35,915 nt of DNA from Desulfobacterales bacterium (GCA_029940115.1 JAOZRQ010000004.1:1-35915); one strand, 5' to 3'; positions 9,467 through 18,191 are shown, counted from the first letter of the stretch. Notes: a model not told the origin generated them from the letters alone. Numbers and translations are program-made.

Positions 9467-9553
9467 AGTTTGTAGTTCCGCCTTTAGGCGGTCTCGCACC
9501 GCCTGAAGGCGGAACTGCAAACTGAACCACTTTTCAGGCAAAATGAAGGATGC
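9467..9553. repeat. GTTCCGCC...GGCGGAAC hairpin element (core 9467-9523) with its conserved flank
   Basis: 'agtttgtagttccgcctttaggcggtctcgcaccgcctgaaggcggaactgcaaact' is followed by 'gaaccacttttcaggcaaaatgaaggatgcc'. This matches the right half of the 26514-26630 element. Confidence 0.75.
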
Positions 9554-9580
9554 CGAGTAATCTGATAATAACATATTTTT

Positions 9581-9701
9581 CTGTGTGCAGGACAAAAAAA
9601 GTGATTGAGGAAGGAAACCCGGCTTTTTTTGCAGTTCGGAGGTCGGCCGTTTGGGAAAAAGTCGGGTTTCTCGCCCATTCCCGAATTTTTGTCCTACACA
9701 G
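9581..9701. mobile_element. MITE-like element, CTGTG...CACAG family, with a perfect 9-bp flanking direct repeat
   Basis: The termini are 'ctgtgtgcaggacaaaaa' and 'tttttgtcctacacag'. The flanks 9572-9580 and 9702-9710 are both 'catattttt'. The interior 'gaaacccggcttttt...gcagt.cgg...tttgggaaaaag' is shared with the copies at 14950 and 26811. Confidence 0.8.
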
Positions 9702-9721
9702 CATATTTTTGCAGGCAGACC

Positions 9722-10357
9722 ATGACAGAAGATCAGAACAGAGACAAGCAATTTGCAGAACTGAAACGAGCGATTCAGGAATTTCAATCAAGGCGCCTGA
9801 ATGGGACCTACACCGATCTCAAGGCGAATCCGGAATATGAGAAGATCGGAAAGTTCTTCTTTGAGAAGCTGTATGCGCCTGAGGATTTTTCCTTTCGGGA
9901 CGCCAGCATCAAAAAGCTTCACAAACTTCTGGACGGTGCGATTTATAAAGGAATGGTGTCGGCCGTGTCCATGGTCATCGAGCTGCATGAGCTGTCCGAT
10001 GCCCTGGATGATCTGATGCTTGAAAAGATGATGGAGAACGGCGTGGGACCGGATATGACCATGGATCAATATCAGGATGTCTATCGCCAACTCGACAATT
10101 ATGACCAGCGGATATATCAGGTCAAGCTGGTGAGCAGGGTCAACCGGGCCTTCCACCGTCTCAGCAAGGTATGGATCGTGGGTGTCTCCCTCAAAACCGT
10201 TCGCACAGCCGCTCATCTTCTCGGCATGGGCAAAATCATGGATTTCATCTATGAGGGATACGAAGGATTCCGCTCCATCAACAACATCGAATATTTTCTG
10301 AATACCATCGAACAGCGGGAACTGGCGTGGCATGATGAAATCTGGTTTGATGTTTGA
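9722..10357 (+). CDS. Hypothetical protein (211 aa), possibly related to the 'FFLEELY motif' family
   Basis: I chose the ATG at 9722 because the track start at 9605 lies inside the MITE. The protein contains KIGKFFFEKLYAPEDF. I cannot verify family membership. Confidence 0.55.
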   Translation: MTEDQNRDKQFAELKRAIQEFQSRRLNGTYTDLKANPEYEKIGKFFFEKLYAPEDFSFRDASIKKLHKLLDGAIYKGMVSAVSMVIELHELSDALDDLMLEKMMENGVGPDMTMDQYQDVYRQLDNYDQRIYQVKLVSRVNRAFHRLSKVWIVGVSLKTVRTAAHLLGMGKIMDFIYEGYEGFRSINNIEYFLNTIEQRELAWHDEIWFDV

Positions 10358-10480
10358 TCCGGGCAGTGGCTGAGACATTTGGCGGGTTCGGCTTCGGCGT
10401 GAGCTCAGACTTCGGCGAGCTCAGACGAGCCGTCGAACGATTTGTCAATCCGAGCAAATGGATGAAAAGGAGCAGATCGC

Positions 10481-11371
10481 GTGAAACAGGAGAGCGACGA
10501 ACAACAACCAACGACCCCCAACCAACGACCCACAGACAACAGCCAAATGAAACGTGCGTTGATTCTTGCGGGCGGCGGTGCCAGAGGGGCTTTTCAGGTG
10601 GGGGTGTTGCAGTTTCTGGAGGAGATGAACTGGAAGCCTGATTTGATCTGCGGGAGCTCGGTGGGGGCCATCAACGCGGTGGGGGTCGGCTCCGGTGTGG
10701 GCTTGGCAGAGCTGGCTCATATCTGGAACACATATAACCGCCAGAGGATGTACAGCGTCACGTTGCCAAAATTTCTTTCGGCGTTTCTGAGCCGGCGCAG
10801 ATACAGCCCCCTGATGGATACAGGGGCCATGAGAGCGGTTCTGGCGGAACATATGGATATTGACGCGCTACGGAGGAGCAGGACAAATATCGTCATCACC
10901 GCGGTGAACCTGCGGACATCCCAACTGGCATACTTTGACAACAGCGTCATTACGATTGACCATGTCATGGCCTCAAGCGCGATGCCGGTCTTCTTCCCCT
11001 ACCAGCTTATTGACGGGGAACCTTACTGGGACGGCGGGATGATGGCCAATGCGCCCATCATCCCCGCGTGGGAATATGGGGCAGAGGAGATCATCGTGGT
11101 TCTGCTCTCTCCCGTGGGCGCATTTGAGCGGCCATTGCCTCAGACCATCATGCAGGCGGCGGAACTCGCGTTTGAACATTTTCTCATCGGCTCGTATGCC
11201 ACCCTGTCCTCTTGCATGCCTCTTGGAAATATCAGGATGGGAATTGTCTCGCCTGCCCGGCCCCTCGGCTTTCGTTCCCTGCTGAATTTTTCCCTTCCCC
11301 AGGCATATACGTTGCTCCAGGAAGGATATGAGAACGCGGAGAAGCAGTTGAAGGATTTTCTGAATCTCTAA
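10481..11371 (+). CDS. Patatin-like phospholipase
   Basis: The oxyanion motif LILAGGGARGAFQVGVLQFL is present, as are the GxSxG nucleophile 'CGSSVGA' and a DGG-type catalytic Asp region 'YWDGGMMAN'. GTG at 10481 lies 9 nt after 'aaggag'. An alternative ATG is at 10547. Confidence 0.88.
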   Translation: MKQESDEQQPTTPNQRPTDNSQMKRALILAGGGARGAFQVGVLQFLEEMNWKPDLICGSSVGAINAVGVGSGVGLAELAHIWNTYNRQRMYSVTLPKFLSAFLSRRRYSPLMDTGAMRAVLAEHMDIDALRRSRTNIVITAVNLRTSQLAYFDNSVITIDHVMASSAMPVFFPYQLIDGEPYWDGGMMANAPIIPAWEYGAEEIIVVLLSPVGAFERPLPQTIMQAAELAFEHFLIGSYATLSSCMPLGNIRMGIVSPARPLGFRSLLNFSLPQAYTLLQEGYENAEKQLKDFLNL

Positions 11372-11518
11372 GTAAGTATAAGGAATCCATCAAGAGCAAG
11401 AAATAAAGATGGGAATCCAACCCTGAGAAACCACAACCTTCACCGACTCATTCACGCTTTTTGAAAAGCGGAGGATGTTGAATGTGAAGGATGTCACCTT
11501 TGGAGAGGGGGAAAAATT

Positions 11519-12187
11519 ATGACAAATCCCAAAAACGGAGACGCTGTGGAAAAAACCCGGATCATGCCTGAAGAACTCACACCCGGGAACCCCTCCACTG
11601 ACATTCTCGATGAGATTTTGAACCTGTATCCCGGGGGAAAGCAGACCACCCTTGTCAAAACATTGCTCAATCTGGTGTCAACTGCCTCAAAAATTGCCTC
11701 AAAAACCGGTGAAATTCCTTCAAAAGTGGGAAAAACGCTATTCACCTCCCCCGAACAGGATAGAATGTTGCAGGAAGCCGGGGCCTCATTAAGGGATATC
11801 CGGGAAGTGGCTGGCCTGACCGTGAAGGAACTGAGCCAATCCCTCCGATTGCCAGATCAGTCCCTGCTGACCGCGGTGGAAAACGGAACCGCCACCCTCT
11901 CCTTTGAACTCGTCTTGCGACTTGCGGCATTGCTCGCGCGGCATGATCCCCTCCCTTTCATCATCCGATACACCCGGACATACAATCCTGACCTATGGGC
12001 GGTTCTGGAAGATTGGGGGGTGGGGAGGCTACCCATTCACATTGAGCGGGAGCGGCAGTTCATCAATATTTACCGGAGCCGGGATTCGGCAAGAAAACTC
12101 TCCGACGAGGCATTCCAGCAGGTTCTGAAATTCACCCAAGCCGCGTTTGAAATGGCATTGGCATTTGCCACGGAACGTGAAGCGTGA
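11519..12187 (+). CDS. XRE-type helix-turn-helix domain protein
   Basis: An HTH-like segment LRDIREVAGLTVKELSQSLRLPDQSLLTAVENGTATLSFELVLRLAALL is present. An RBS 'ggagaggggg' precedes the ATG. The final codons and the stop lie in the heptamer array. Confidence 0.65.
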   Translation: MTNPKNGDAVEKTRIMPEELTPGNPSTDILDEILNLYPGGKQTTLVKTLLNLVSTASKIASKTGEIPSKVGKTLFTSPEQDRMLQEAGASLRDIREVAGLTVKELSQSLRLPDQSLLTAVENGTATLSFELVLRLAALLARHDPLPFIIRYTRTYNPDLWAVLEDWGVGRLPIHIERERQFINIYRSRDSARKLSDEAFQQVLKFTQAAFEMALAFATEREA

Positions 12188-12340
12188 AACGTGAAGCGTG
12201 AAGCGTGAAGCGTGAAAACTTGGAATACCTACTACGTCTCACGCATCACGGGTCACGCATCACGCATCACGAGTCACGCATCACGGGTCACGCATCACGA
12301 GTCACGCATCACGAGTCACGCATCACGAGTCACGCATCAC
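12174..12340. repeat. Inverted pair of heptamer arrays: (CGTGAAG)n, a spacer, then (nnnTCAC)n
   Basis: 'acgtgaagcgtgaaacgtgaagcgtgaagcgtgaagcgtgaaaac', then a 19-nt spacer, then about 15 heptamers of GCATCAC/GAGTCAC/GGGTCAC. The array ends 20 nt before the ATG at 12361. Confidence 0.9.
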
Positions 12341-12360
12341 GTTAGGAGCAAAAAATAGCC

Positions 12361-13557
12361 ATGTCCGGCAAACACATACTAGTGGCGGAAGATGAGGAAT
12401 ATGTCCGGCTTTCCCTGAGCATCATTCTCAGAAAGTCCGGTTATCGGGTGACGGTTGCTGAAAACGGGCGAAAGGCTCTGGAAAAGGTCATAAAGTTGAG
12501 AAAAACCGCTCAACCCCTTGATCTGCTGATAACAGACATTCAGATGCCGAGCCTCTCCGGATTGGAGCTGATTGATGAACTGGAAAAGCAGGGGATAACC
12601 CTGCCTGTTCTCGCCATAACCGGCTACGGGGACAAGACGCTGGTGGTGGAACTGATGCGCAGGGGCTGTGTGGATTACATTGACAAGCCCTTTGAGCCTC
12701 AGGAACTGCTTGACCGCCTTGACCGGATCTTCAAAAAGAGGAAACAGACAGAACCAGCAGATGGCAGGCGGACGGTTCAGGAGAAAATCAGGCTTGACCG
12801 GCAAATTGATTCATACATACACAATTTTGAAAGACTCCGGAAGCAGATGGACGCCGCGGTCGGGGCTTACCAAGATCTGATCCACATTCGGGAGGGGGGA
12901 TATAATGTCCGGGTGGCCTGCCAACGCAGGCCCTTGGCGGAGCTTGGCGGTGATTTCATGGACATACGGAACACCTCTGCCGGCTGTGACATTCTGATGG
13001 CCGATGTCGCGGGACATGATATGGGCGCGTCTTACCATACGGTTCTGATCAAGGCCTTCTTTGATGAAAACTGCCGCACCGGCAATGATGGAGATTCCTT
13101 CTTCCGCCTTCTCAACAAGCAGCTCATCGAAAACGGCAAAAATGAGCGGATGGTGACAGCCATCTTCCTCCGCCTGAACTTGGAGAGCATGACCGTCGAA
13201 CTGGTTGCCGCGGGACACCCGCCCATGATCAGAATGTTGAAGGAAGCCCCGGATCCGGAGACAATCGTCGCGTTGGGAGATGTGCTCGGCATTTTTGATG
13301 AGGTCGGCTTTGAAAACGTGACGTTTCCCATTGCTTCGGGAGACCGTCTGTTTCTCCACACAGACGGGCTGATCAACGCCTATCGCTTACATGAGCATAC
13401 CCGGAAAAAAGAGAAACTGGGTGCCGAGGGACTGACTCATCTCATAAAAAAATATCATCCGCTTCCCCTTGAAAAGATGATCGGACATATCGGAGAAGAT
13501 CTGTCCACATTCAAATTCAATGATGACATGCTGGTTTTGGGCGTGGAAATCCCATGA
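12361..13557 (+). CDS. Response-regulator receiver fused to a PP2C/SpoIIE-type Ser phosphatase (RsbU-like)
   Basis: Receiver motifs: ILVAEDEEYV, DLLITDIQMPSLSG and DYIDKPF. PP2C motifs: LGGDFMDI, MADVAGHDMGASY and LHTDGL. RBS 'aggag'. Confidence 0.9.
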   Translation: MSGKHILVAEDEEYVRLSLSIILRKSGYRVTVAENGRKALEKVIKLRKTAQPLDLLITDIQMPSLSGLELIDELEKQGITLPVLAITGYGDKTLVVELMRRGCVDYIDKPFEPQELLDRLDRIFKKRKQTEPADGRRTVQEKIRLDRQIDSYIHNFERLRKQMDAAVGAYQDLIHIREGGYNVRVACQRRPLAELGGDFMDIRNTSAGCDILMADVAGHDMGASYHTVLIKAFFDENCRTGNDGDSFFRLLNKQLIENGKNERMVTAIFLRLNLESMTVELVAAGHPPMIRMLKEAPDPETIVALGDVLGIFDEVGFENVTFPIASGDRLFLHTDGLINAYRLHEHTRKKEKLGAEGLTHLIKKYHPLPLEKMIGHIGEDLSTFKFNDDMLVLGVEIP

Positions 13558-13935
13558 CCCGTTGCGACTGAGGAACCCTAACAATGCTCGTCCCCGACAA
13601 AAGACGTCGGGGACAAGGTTCCGGCAGGAGCGGGCAAGCGATTCAGGAAGGGGCGCATTGGAATTGTCCCGAGAATAGCCCGGCCATTCATTGTCGGGGT
13701 GAGTTGACAGAAGCCCCCCGAGTCCCGTGGGGACTGCTGAAAATAGCCCGGCAATTCATTGCCGGGTCGGGCATGCACAATTTGTCCAGTCCGCAGGGAC
13801 GACTGGGGATCCATCCCAAAATGAGTTTCAAGACTGTTTGGGGACTCCCTCAACTTATAAATACGCCCTTCAGGAAGTGGCCGAAACCAAGATCAAATCC
13901 AAGCCGCCAAGGCAAGGGCAGGGACAAGGAAAGCG

Positions 13936-14397
13936 ATGAGAAGAAAAGAGAAAGAGATGACGGACAGGGCCGAAATCGAATCCGTCATCAGAAAGTCACG
14001 GGTCTGCCGGCTGGGACTGGCAGATGAGGGATATCCGTATGTGGTCCCATTATGCTTCGGATATGACGGAAATGCGTTCTATTTTCATTCTGCGAAAGCG
14101 GGCAGAAAAATTGACATGCTCAGAAAAAACAACAGGGTCTGTTTCGAGTTTGACATTGAGCAGGAGACAAAGCCGGCTGAAAAGGCGTGTAAGTGGGGAA
14201 TGGCATACAAGAGCGTGATCGGGTTCGGGGAGGCATCGTTTGTGGAAGATACGGACGCAAAGCGCAACGCCTTGGATATCATCATGCGACAATATTCGGC
14301 AGATGTGCGGCAGTTTGAATATTCGGAAGCCGCATTGAGGGGAACAGTGATTATAAGGATTGATATTCAGGAGATCACGGGGAAAGCTGATGCGTGA
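13936..14397 (+). CDS. Pyridoxamine 5'-phosphate oxidase family (FMN-binding split-barrel) protein
   Basis: RVCRLGLADEGYPYVVPLCFGYDGNAFYFHSAKAGRKIDMLRKNNRVCFEFD is typical of the family. An alternative ATG is at 13957. Confidence 0.8.
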   Translation: MRRKEKEMTDRAEIESVIRKSRVCRLGLADEGYPYVVPLCFGYDGNAFYFHSAKAGRKIDMLRKNNRVCFEFDIEQETKPAEKACKWGMAYKSVIGFGEASFVEDTDAKRNALDIIMRQYSADVRQFEYSEAALRGTVIIRIDIQEITGKADA

Positions 14398-14445
14398 TGG
14401 GTGAATTCACGTTTCACGTCTCACATTTCACGCCTCACGTTTCAG
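14392..14445. repeat. Palindromic heptamer block (GTGAnnn / nnnTCAC) between the PNPOx stop and the hisI RBS
   Basis: 'gcgtgatgggtgaattcacgtttcacgtctcacatttcacgcctcacgtttcag' is centred on 'gtgaattcac'. Confidence 0.8.
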
Positions 14446-14458
14446 AAAAGGAGTCCAA

Positions 14459-14830
14459 ATGATTGAACTTGATTTTGACAAGACAGGGGGGCTGGTTCCC
14501 GCCATTGTTCAGGATTATCAGACCGGAGAGGTTCTGATGCTCGCGTTTATGAACAAGGAAGCATGGGAGGCCACCCTTTCCACCGGCATGGCCACCTATT
14601 ACAGCCGATCACGGCGAGAACTCTGGGTGAAGGGCAAGACTTCCGGACATGTGCAACATGTGAAGGATATCCGAATCGATTGTGATGATGACACGGTCCT
14701 GCTGAAAGTCGAGCAGGTCGGCGCGGCATGTCACATCGGGTATGAAAGTTGCTTTTTCAAGAAAGTCGAGGAGGGGACCCTCAGGGTTGTCGGAAAGCCG
14801 GTGTTTGATCCCAGAGAGGTTTATAAATAA
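14459..14830 (+). CDS. hisI: Phosphoribosyl-AMP cyclohydrolase (monofunctional HisI)
   Basis: [33 protein letters not shown]...[52 protein letters not shown] matches the PRA-CH signature. RBS 'aaaaggag'. Confidence 0.93.
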   Translation: MIELDFDKTGGLVPAIVQDYQTGEVLMLAFMNKEAWEATLSTGMATYYSRSRRELWVKGKTSGHVQHVKDIRIDCDDDTVLLKVEQVGAACHIGYESCFFKKVEEGTLRVVGKPVFDPREVYK

Positions 14831-14920
14831 GGGCGATGGGCAAGCGGCGATGGTCCATTTCAGTTTTTTCCTGCATGTCAGCTCTCCTTAATTATATTGG
14901 ATGCGTGACGAGTGATGTTT

Positions 14921-15158
14921 CTGGTTCTAACGGATTTTGTGGTTCCCTGCTGTGTGCCGGACAAAAAGTCGCGAAGGGCGGGAAACCCCGACAAAAAACG
15001 TCGGGGCAAGCTTTTTCCCAAACAGGCGAAATCCCCGACTGCCAGAAAAAGCCGGGTCTCTTTCCTCACACAGGGTTCCGGCCGGTCGGGAAAACGCCGT
15101 CCTCTGCGGCCTCTGCGTTCAAGAGACGGCTTCAAACCACAAAATCCGTTAGAATCAG
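14921..15158. mobile_element. MITE-like element (CTGGTTCTAACGGATTTTGTGG termini) carrying a nested CTGTG...CACAG MITE at 14950-15073
   Basis: Outer termini are 'ctggttctaacggattttgtgg' (14921-14942) and 'ccacaaaatccgttagaatcag' (15137-15158). They are flanked directly by 'tgatgttt' on both sides. The inner element has 'ctgtgtgccggacaaaaag...cctcacacag', with flanks 'ggttccctg' and 'ggttccggc'. Confidence 0.8.
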
Positions 15159-15254
15159 TGATGTTTCACGTTTCATGCTTGATGCTTGTTCGGGTTGGTT
15201 GTCAAGCGCGCATGGTGCCATTTTGTGTAATTTATAATTTACACAAAAAAAGCG

Positions 15255-15635
15255 CTACTGAATAGACCTTTCCCTATCCACAATCGCACATTTTGACAGC
15301 TCTATGCCGATGGTGAGCCAGGTTTCCCTCAGTTTTTCTGGCTGAATGTTTCTGTAAATTTTGATCACGTCCTCCTCCTCACCTGTGAGAACCAATCCAT
15401 AAGCATTTTTATCTTCCCCACATATGATGTCATCCGCAAAATAGTTCAGGTCCACACTGAATTTGTTTGCGAGCTTCACGAGTTTCTCAATCGCAATTCG
15501 GTTCTTTCCTGCCTCGTATTTGTGAAGCTGTTGGATGGAGACATCCAGATATTCGGCCAGTTTCTCTTGGGTCATTCTCTGATTTAACCGCAGTTCTCTT
15601 ATCTTTTTGCCTATGCTGTGAACCAAATCAACCAA
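15255..15635 (-). CDS. XRE-family HTH transcriptional regulator
   Basis: IGKKIRELRLNQRMTQEKLAEYLDVSIQQLHKYEAGKNRIAIEKLVKLANKFSVDLNYF is a canonical HTH_3/XRE domain. The gene is AT-rich. Confidence 0.88.
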   Translation of the reverse strand: MVDLVHSIGKKIRELRLNQRMTQEKLAEYLDVSIQQLHKYEAGKNRIAIEKLVKLANKFSVDLNYFADDIICGEDKNAYGLVLTGEEEDVIKIYRNIQPEKLRETWLTIGIELSKCAIVDRERSIQ

Positions 15636-16053
15636 AAGTTAAAAATCCCCCTTTTTGGGGATAAACATAGAATTAAAATTTGGCTGTTGCCAATCATCCT
15701 GTGTCAGCTTGTGTGGATGCATATATATTTTGCTTACATGACAATTTGGAGCATGAGAAAGGAAATATATCGAAAGACCCTTGCAAATGTTATTTCCCGA
15801 AGAATGAGGCAAAGGCAAAAATGCATGCTTTTTTGGCTGGCATGAACAAATTTGTACCAAGTTTGGGAATTGCAGCCAAAAAGGTTATTTTAATTTTAAT
15901 TCAGAAGATCTCAATGATATTAAAGTGTTTTTGCAGAAATTGGTGGCATAACAGATTGCAGCGGTGCGACATGAAGTCGCTGATCTGATTGTCAGTTCCG
16001 TTTTCATGACACAACATGGTGTGTTGTCCACCTCATCCACGCAGATGTTGTTG

Positions 16054-16098
16054 ACAAAAAAAAGCCTCATCAGCATAAAGCTGAGGAGGCTTTTTATT
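16054..16098. terminator. Bidirectional rho-independent terminator candidate downstream of the glutamate-synthase-like gene
   Basis: An A-run (16054-16063), then the stem 'aagcctcatcagc' (16062-16074), the loop 'ataaa', the stem 'gctgaggaggctt' (16080-16092, one mismatch), then a T-run. Confidence 0.6.
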
Positions 16099-16201
16099 TC
16101 ATGAAGGTTGCCATCGTCCGTTGCCAGTGACAAGGAAACCCGGGTTCTGGATACGAAACCCAATTTCGTCTTCAGGGAACAACCGGCAACAGACAACTCT
16201 G

Positions 16202-17785
16202 TCAACGGTCAATGATGCTCAACGCCTCTTTGCGATAGGCATCCATGATATAGGGGATGCCGGTGACTTTGGCCGCCTCCTCAGTCAGGGCGGCCAGATC
16301 CTTTCGGGTGATCAGATGGGTCCGCCACTTCCGGGCCCCGGCCATGAGCTGCTGAAGACCCACCCGCAACTTTTCCGAAGCGGTATAAAGCCCGATGGCC
16401 CCCAGCGGAAACTTTTCCACCTCATCTCCATAGATGCCCTTGAGTTTCTTGTAGGAGACGAATATCTCCTCTTTGGTGGTTCCGTATTTTGAGACCGACG
16501 TCGGCAGTCCCCCGTCCTCTCCTTTGAGCCAGCACTCAATGTTTTTCCCCACCATTCCCGGAATCATCAATGCCCGGCCCATGCAGACCGCCTTGCAATA
16601 CGGCGCGCCCAGGGCCATGGCCTTGAAGATGTGATCTTCCGAAGAGAATCCGCCGGCAAACGCGATGTTCGGAACCCACGCGCCTTTCTTGGCCAGACGC
16701 TTGCACAGCTCATACGCCATGGAATGCAGATAGATGGAGGGGATCCCCCATTCACTCATCATCCGCCACGGACTCATGCCAGTTCCACCGGGCGCGCCGT
16801 CAATGGTGAGCAGGTCAATCTTCGCGTCGGAAGACCAGCGGATCGCCATGGCCAGTTCCCGCATCGGATACGCGCCGGTCTTGAGCGTGACCCGTTTCGC
16901 GCCCAACTTGCGGACCCGGTCAACTTCCGTCATGAAAGCGTCCTGATCCAGGAAGCCCACGCGGGAATGGCGCTCAAACTCCTTGATCGCACCATCCTTG
17001 AACGCGGCCTGATTCGCCTCCTTTTCCGGTTCAGGAGTGACAATATAGCCCCGCTTGCTCAGTTCCAAGGCCCGTTCCAAAGAATCCACCTTGATCTCAC
17101 CGCCGATGCACTTGGCACCCTGTCCCCATTTCAGTTCAATGGTCTCCACGCCCAATTTGTCAATGACATACTCGGCCACACCGAGGCGGGTATCCTCCAC
17201 GTTCATCTGAACCATGATGTCGCCGTACCCGCCATGGTAGCGACGATAGGTCTCCACCCTGCGCCGCATCTCGGGCGATTCGACCACCTTGCCGTCCTTG
17301 CCAATCTGCAATTCCGGGTCAATGCCGCAGACATTCTCACCGCAGACCAGGCTGATCCCTGTGATGGCCGCGCCGATCGAAAAGTGTTCCCAGTTTTTGC
17401 GGGCAATTTCCGTGCTGCCCAGCGCACCGGTGAACATGGGAATCTTCATCTTGATCTTTTCGGTCGCACCATACCATGTCTCGGTATTCACCTTGGGAAA
17501 GGTGGCATGATCCGGGTCCGCCTCAATCCCCTCGGCACCTATGGCGTACCCCATGATATTGAGATGGGAATAATCGACCGGGTAGTCCTTGTCCGCGCCG
17601 GCTGTGATCTCTCCAAAGGGGGTGGGGTAAAGCAGCTCCCTTCCCCTGAAGGTCGATTTGAACAAATCGCAGTTTCCCTTGCACCCGTCCACGCACCGGC
17701 TGCATATGCCGGACTGGGGGGCAACACTTCGGGAACGGTTCTTGGTCTGCAAAGCTTCATTGGCGTTGGGCCTGTGTAGATTCAT
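16202..17785 (-). CDS. FMN-binding glutamate synthase family protein (GltB domain-2-like, archaeal type) with an N-terminal Cys cluster
   Basis: The Cys cluster is CSRCVDGCKGNCDLF. The TIM-barrel region contains IELKWGQGAKCIGGEIKV, DLLTIDGAPGGTGMSP and FAGGFSSEDHIFKAMALGA. Confidence 0.88.
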   Translation of the reverse strand: MNLHRPNANEALQTKNRSRSVAPQSGICSRCVDGCKGNCDLFKSTFRGRELLYPTPFGEITAGADKDYPVDYSHLNIMGYAIGAEGIEADPDHATFPKVNTETWYGATEKIKMKIPMFTGALGSTEIARKNWEHFSIGAAITGISLVCGENVCGIDPELQIGKDGKVVESPEMRRRVETYRRYHGGYGDIMVQMNVEDTRLGVAEYVIDKLGVETIELKWGQGAKCIGGEIKVDSLERALELSKRGYIVTPEPEKEANQAAFKDGAIKEFERHSRVGFLDQDAFMTEVDRVRKLGAKRVTLKTGAYPMRELAMAIRWSSDAKIDLLTIDGAPGGTGMSPWRMMSEWGIPSIYLHSMAYELCKRLAKKGAWVPNIAFAGGFSSEDHIFKAMALGAPYCKAVCMGRALMIPGMVGKNIECWLKGEDGGLPTSVSKYGTTKEEIFVSYKKLKGIYGDEVEKFPLGAIGLYTASEKLRVGLQQLMAGARKWRTHLITRKDLAALTEEAAKVTGIPYIMDAYRKEALSIIDR

Positions 17786-17830
17786 TACTCGTGTTTATCC
17801 TCCTTGAAATGTTATGGTTAAATGTGAGAC

Positions 17831-18010
17831 AGTTTGTAGTTCCGCCTTCAGGCGGTGCAACACCGCCTAGAAAGTGTTTGAAAACTCCCCTGCCCGTGCC
17901 CCTCTCCTAGCTTGGCCCGTGCCCCTATCTGTTCTGGTTTCGCATGGGCAAAGGGCACGGGCAGAGGGTGGCAGATGTTTTCAAACACCTTCTAAAGGCT
18001 AAACTACAAA
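17831..18010. mobile_element. GTTCCGCC hairpin element interrupted by a second palindromic element (AGAARGTGTTTGAAAAC...GTTTTCAAACACCTTCT, 17869-17995)
   Basis: The left arm and loop 'agtttgtagttccgccttcaggcggtgcaacaccgcct' come first. Next is 'agaaagtgtttgaaaactcccctgcccgtgcccc...gggcacgggcagagggtggcagatgttttcaaacaccttct'. A degenerate right arm 'aaaggctaaactacaaa' ends the element. Confidence 0.7.
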
Positions 18011-18191
18011 GGATGCCAGAATTTCTCTTATTTGTCAAGTCATATCTGAATGGATGACAATCTTTTGACTTTCACTTGACATTCCGGTTCACTAGAGATT
18101 TTATCAAAGTTTGGGCAATGATTTCCATATTTGTCAAGTTATATTTAAGCCTTACTTAAATACCCATAAACAAGGAACAAAAGCAACTTTC

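Noticed and set aside
9299-9787. 162-aa minus-strand ORF in the recJ upstream spacer
   Set aside because: It runs through the GTTCCGCC hairpin and the CTGTG MITE and has no coding-like features.
13584-14027. 147-aa ORF and overlapping ORFs in the 13558-13935 spacer
   Set aside because: The region consists of dispersed hairpins ('ccccgacaaaagacgtcgggg', 'cccggc(c/a)attcattg(t/c)cgggg' twice). The translation is Arg/Gly/Pro-rich and typical of repeat read-through.
15618-15845. 75-aa ORF with one hydrophobic stretch, divergent from the XRE gene (possible small toxin)
   Set aside because: It overlaps the XRE start codon region, has no RBS that I can see, and lies in an AT-rich low-information region. 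I keep it only as a weak possibility under the AT-rich islet finding.
15838-15860. Sigma-54-like 'tggcatgaacaaatttgt'
   Set aside because: The spacing and the -12 element (TTGC) do not fit the TGGCAC-N5-TTGC consensus.
16631-17779. 382-aa plus-strand ORF
   Set aside because: It is an antisense shadow of the glutamate-synthase-like gene and has no recognisable motifs.
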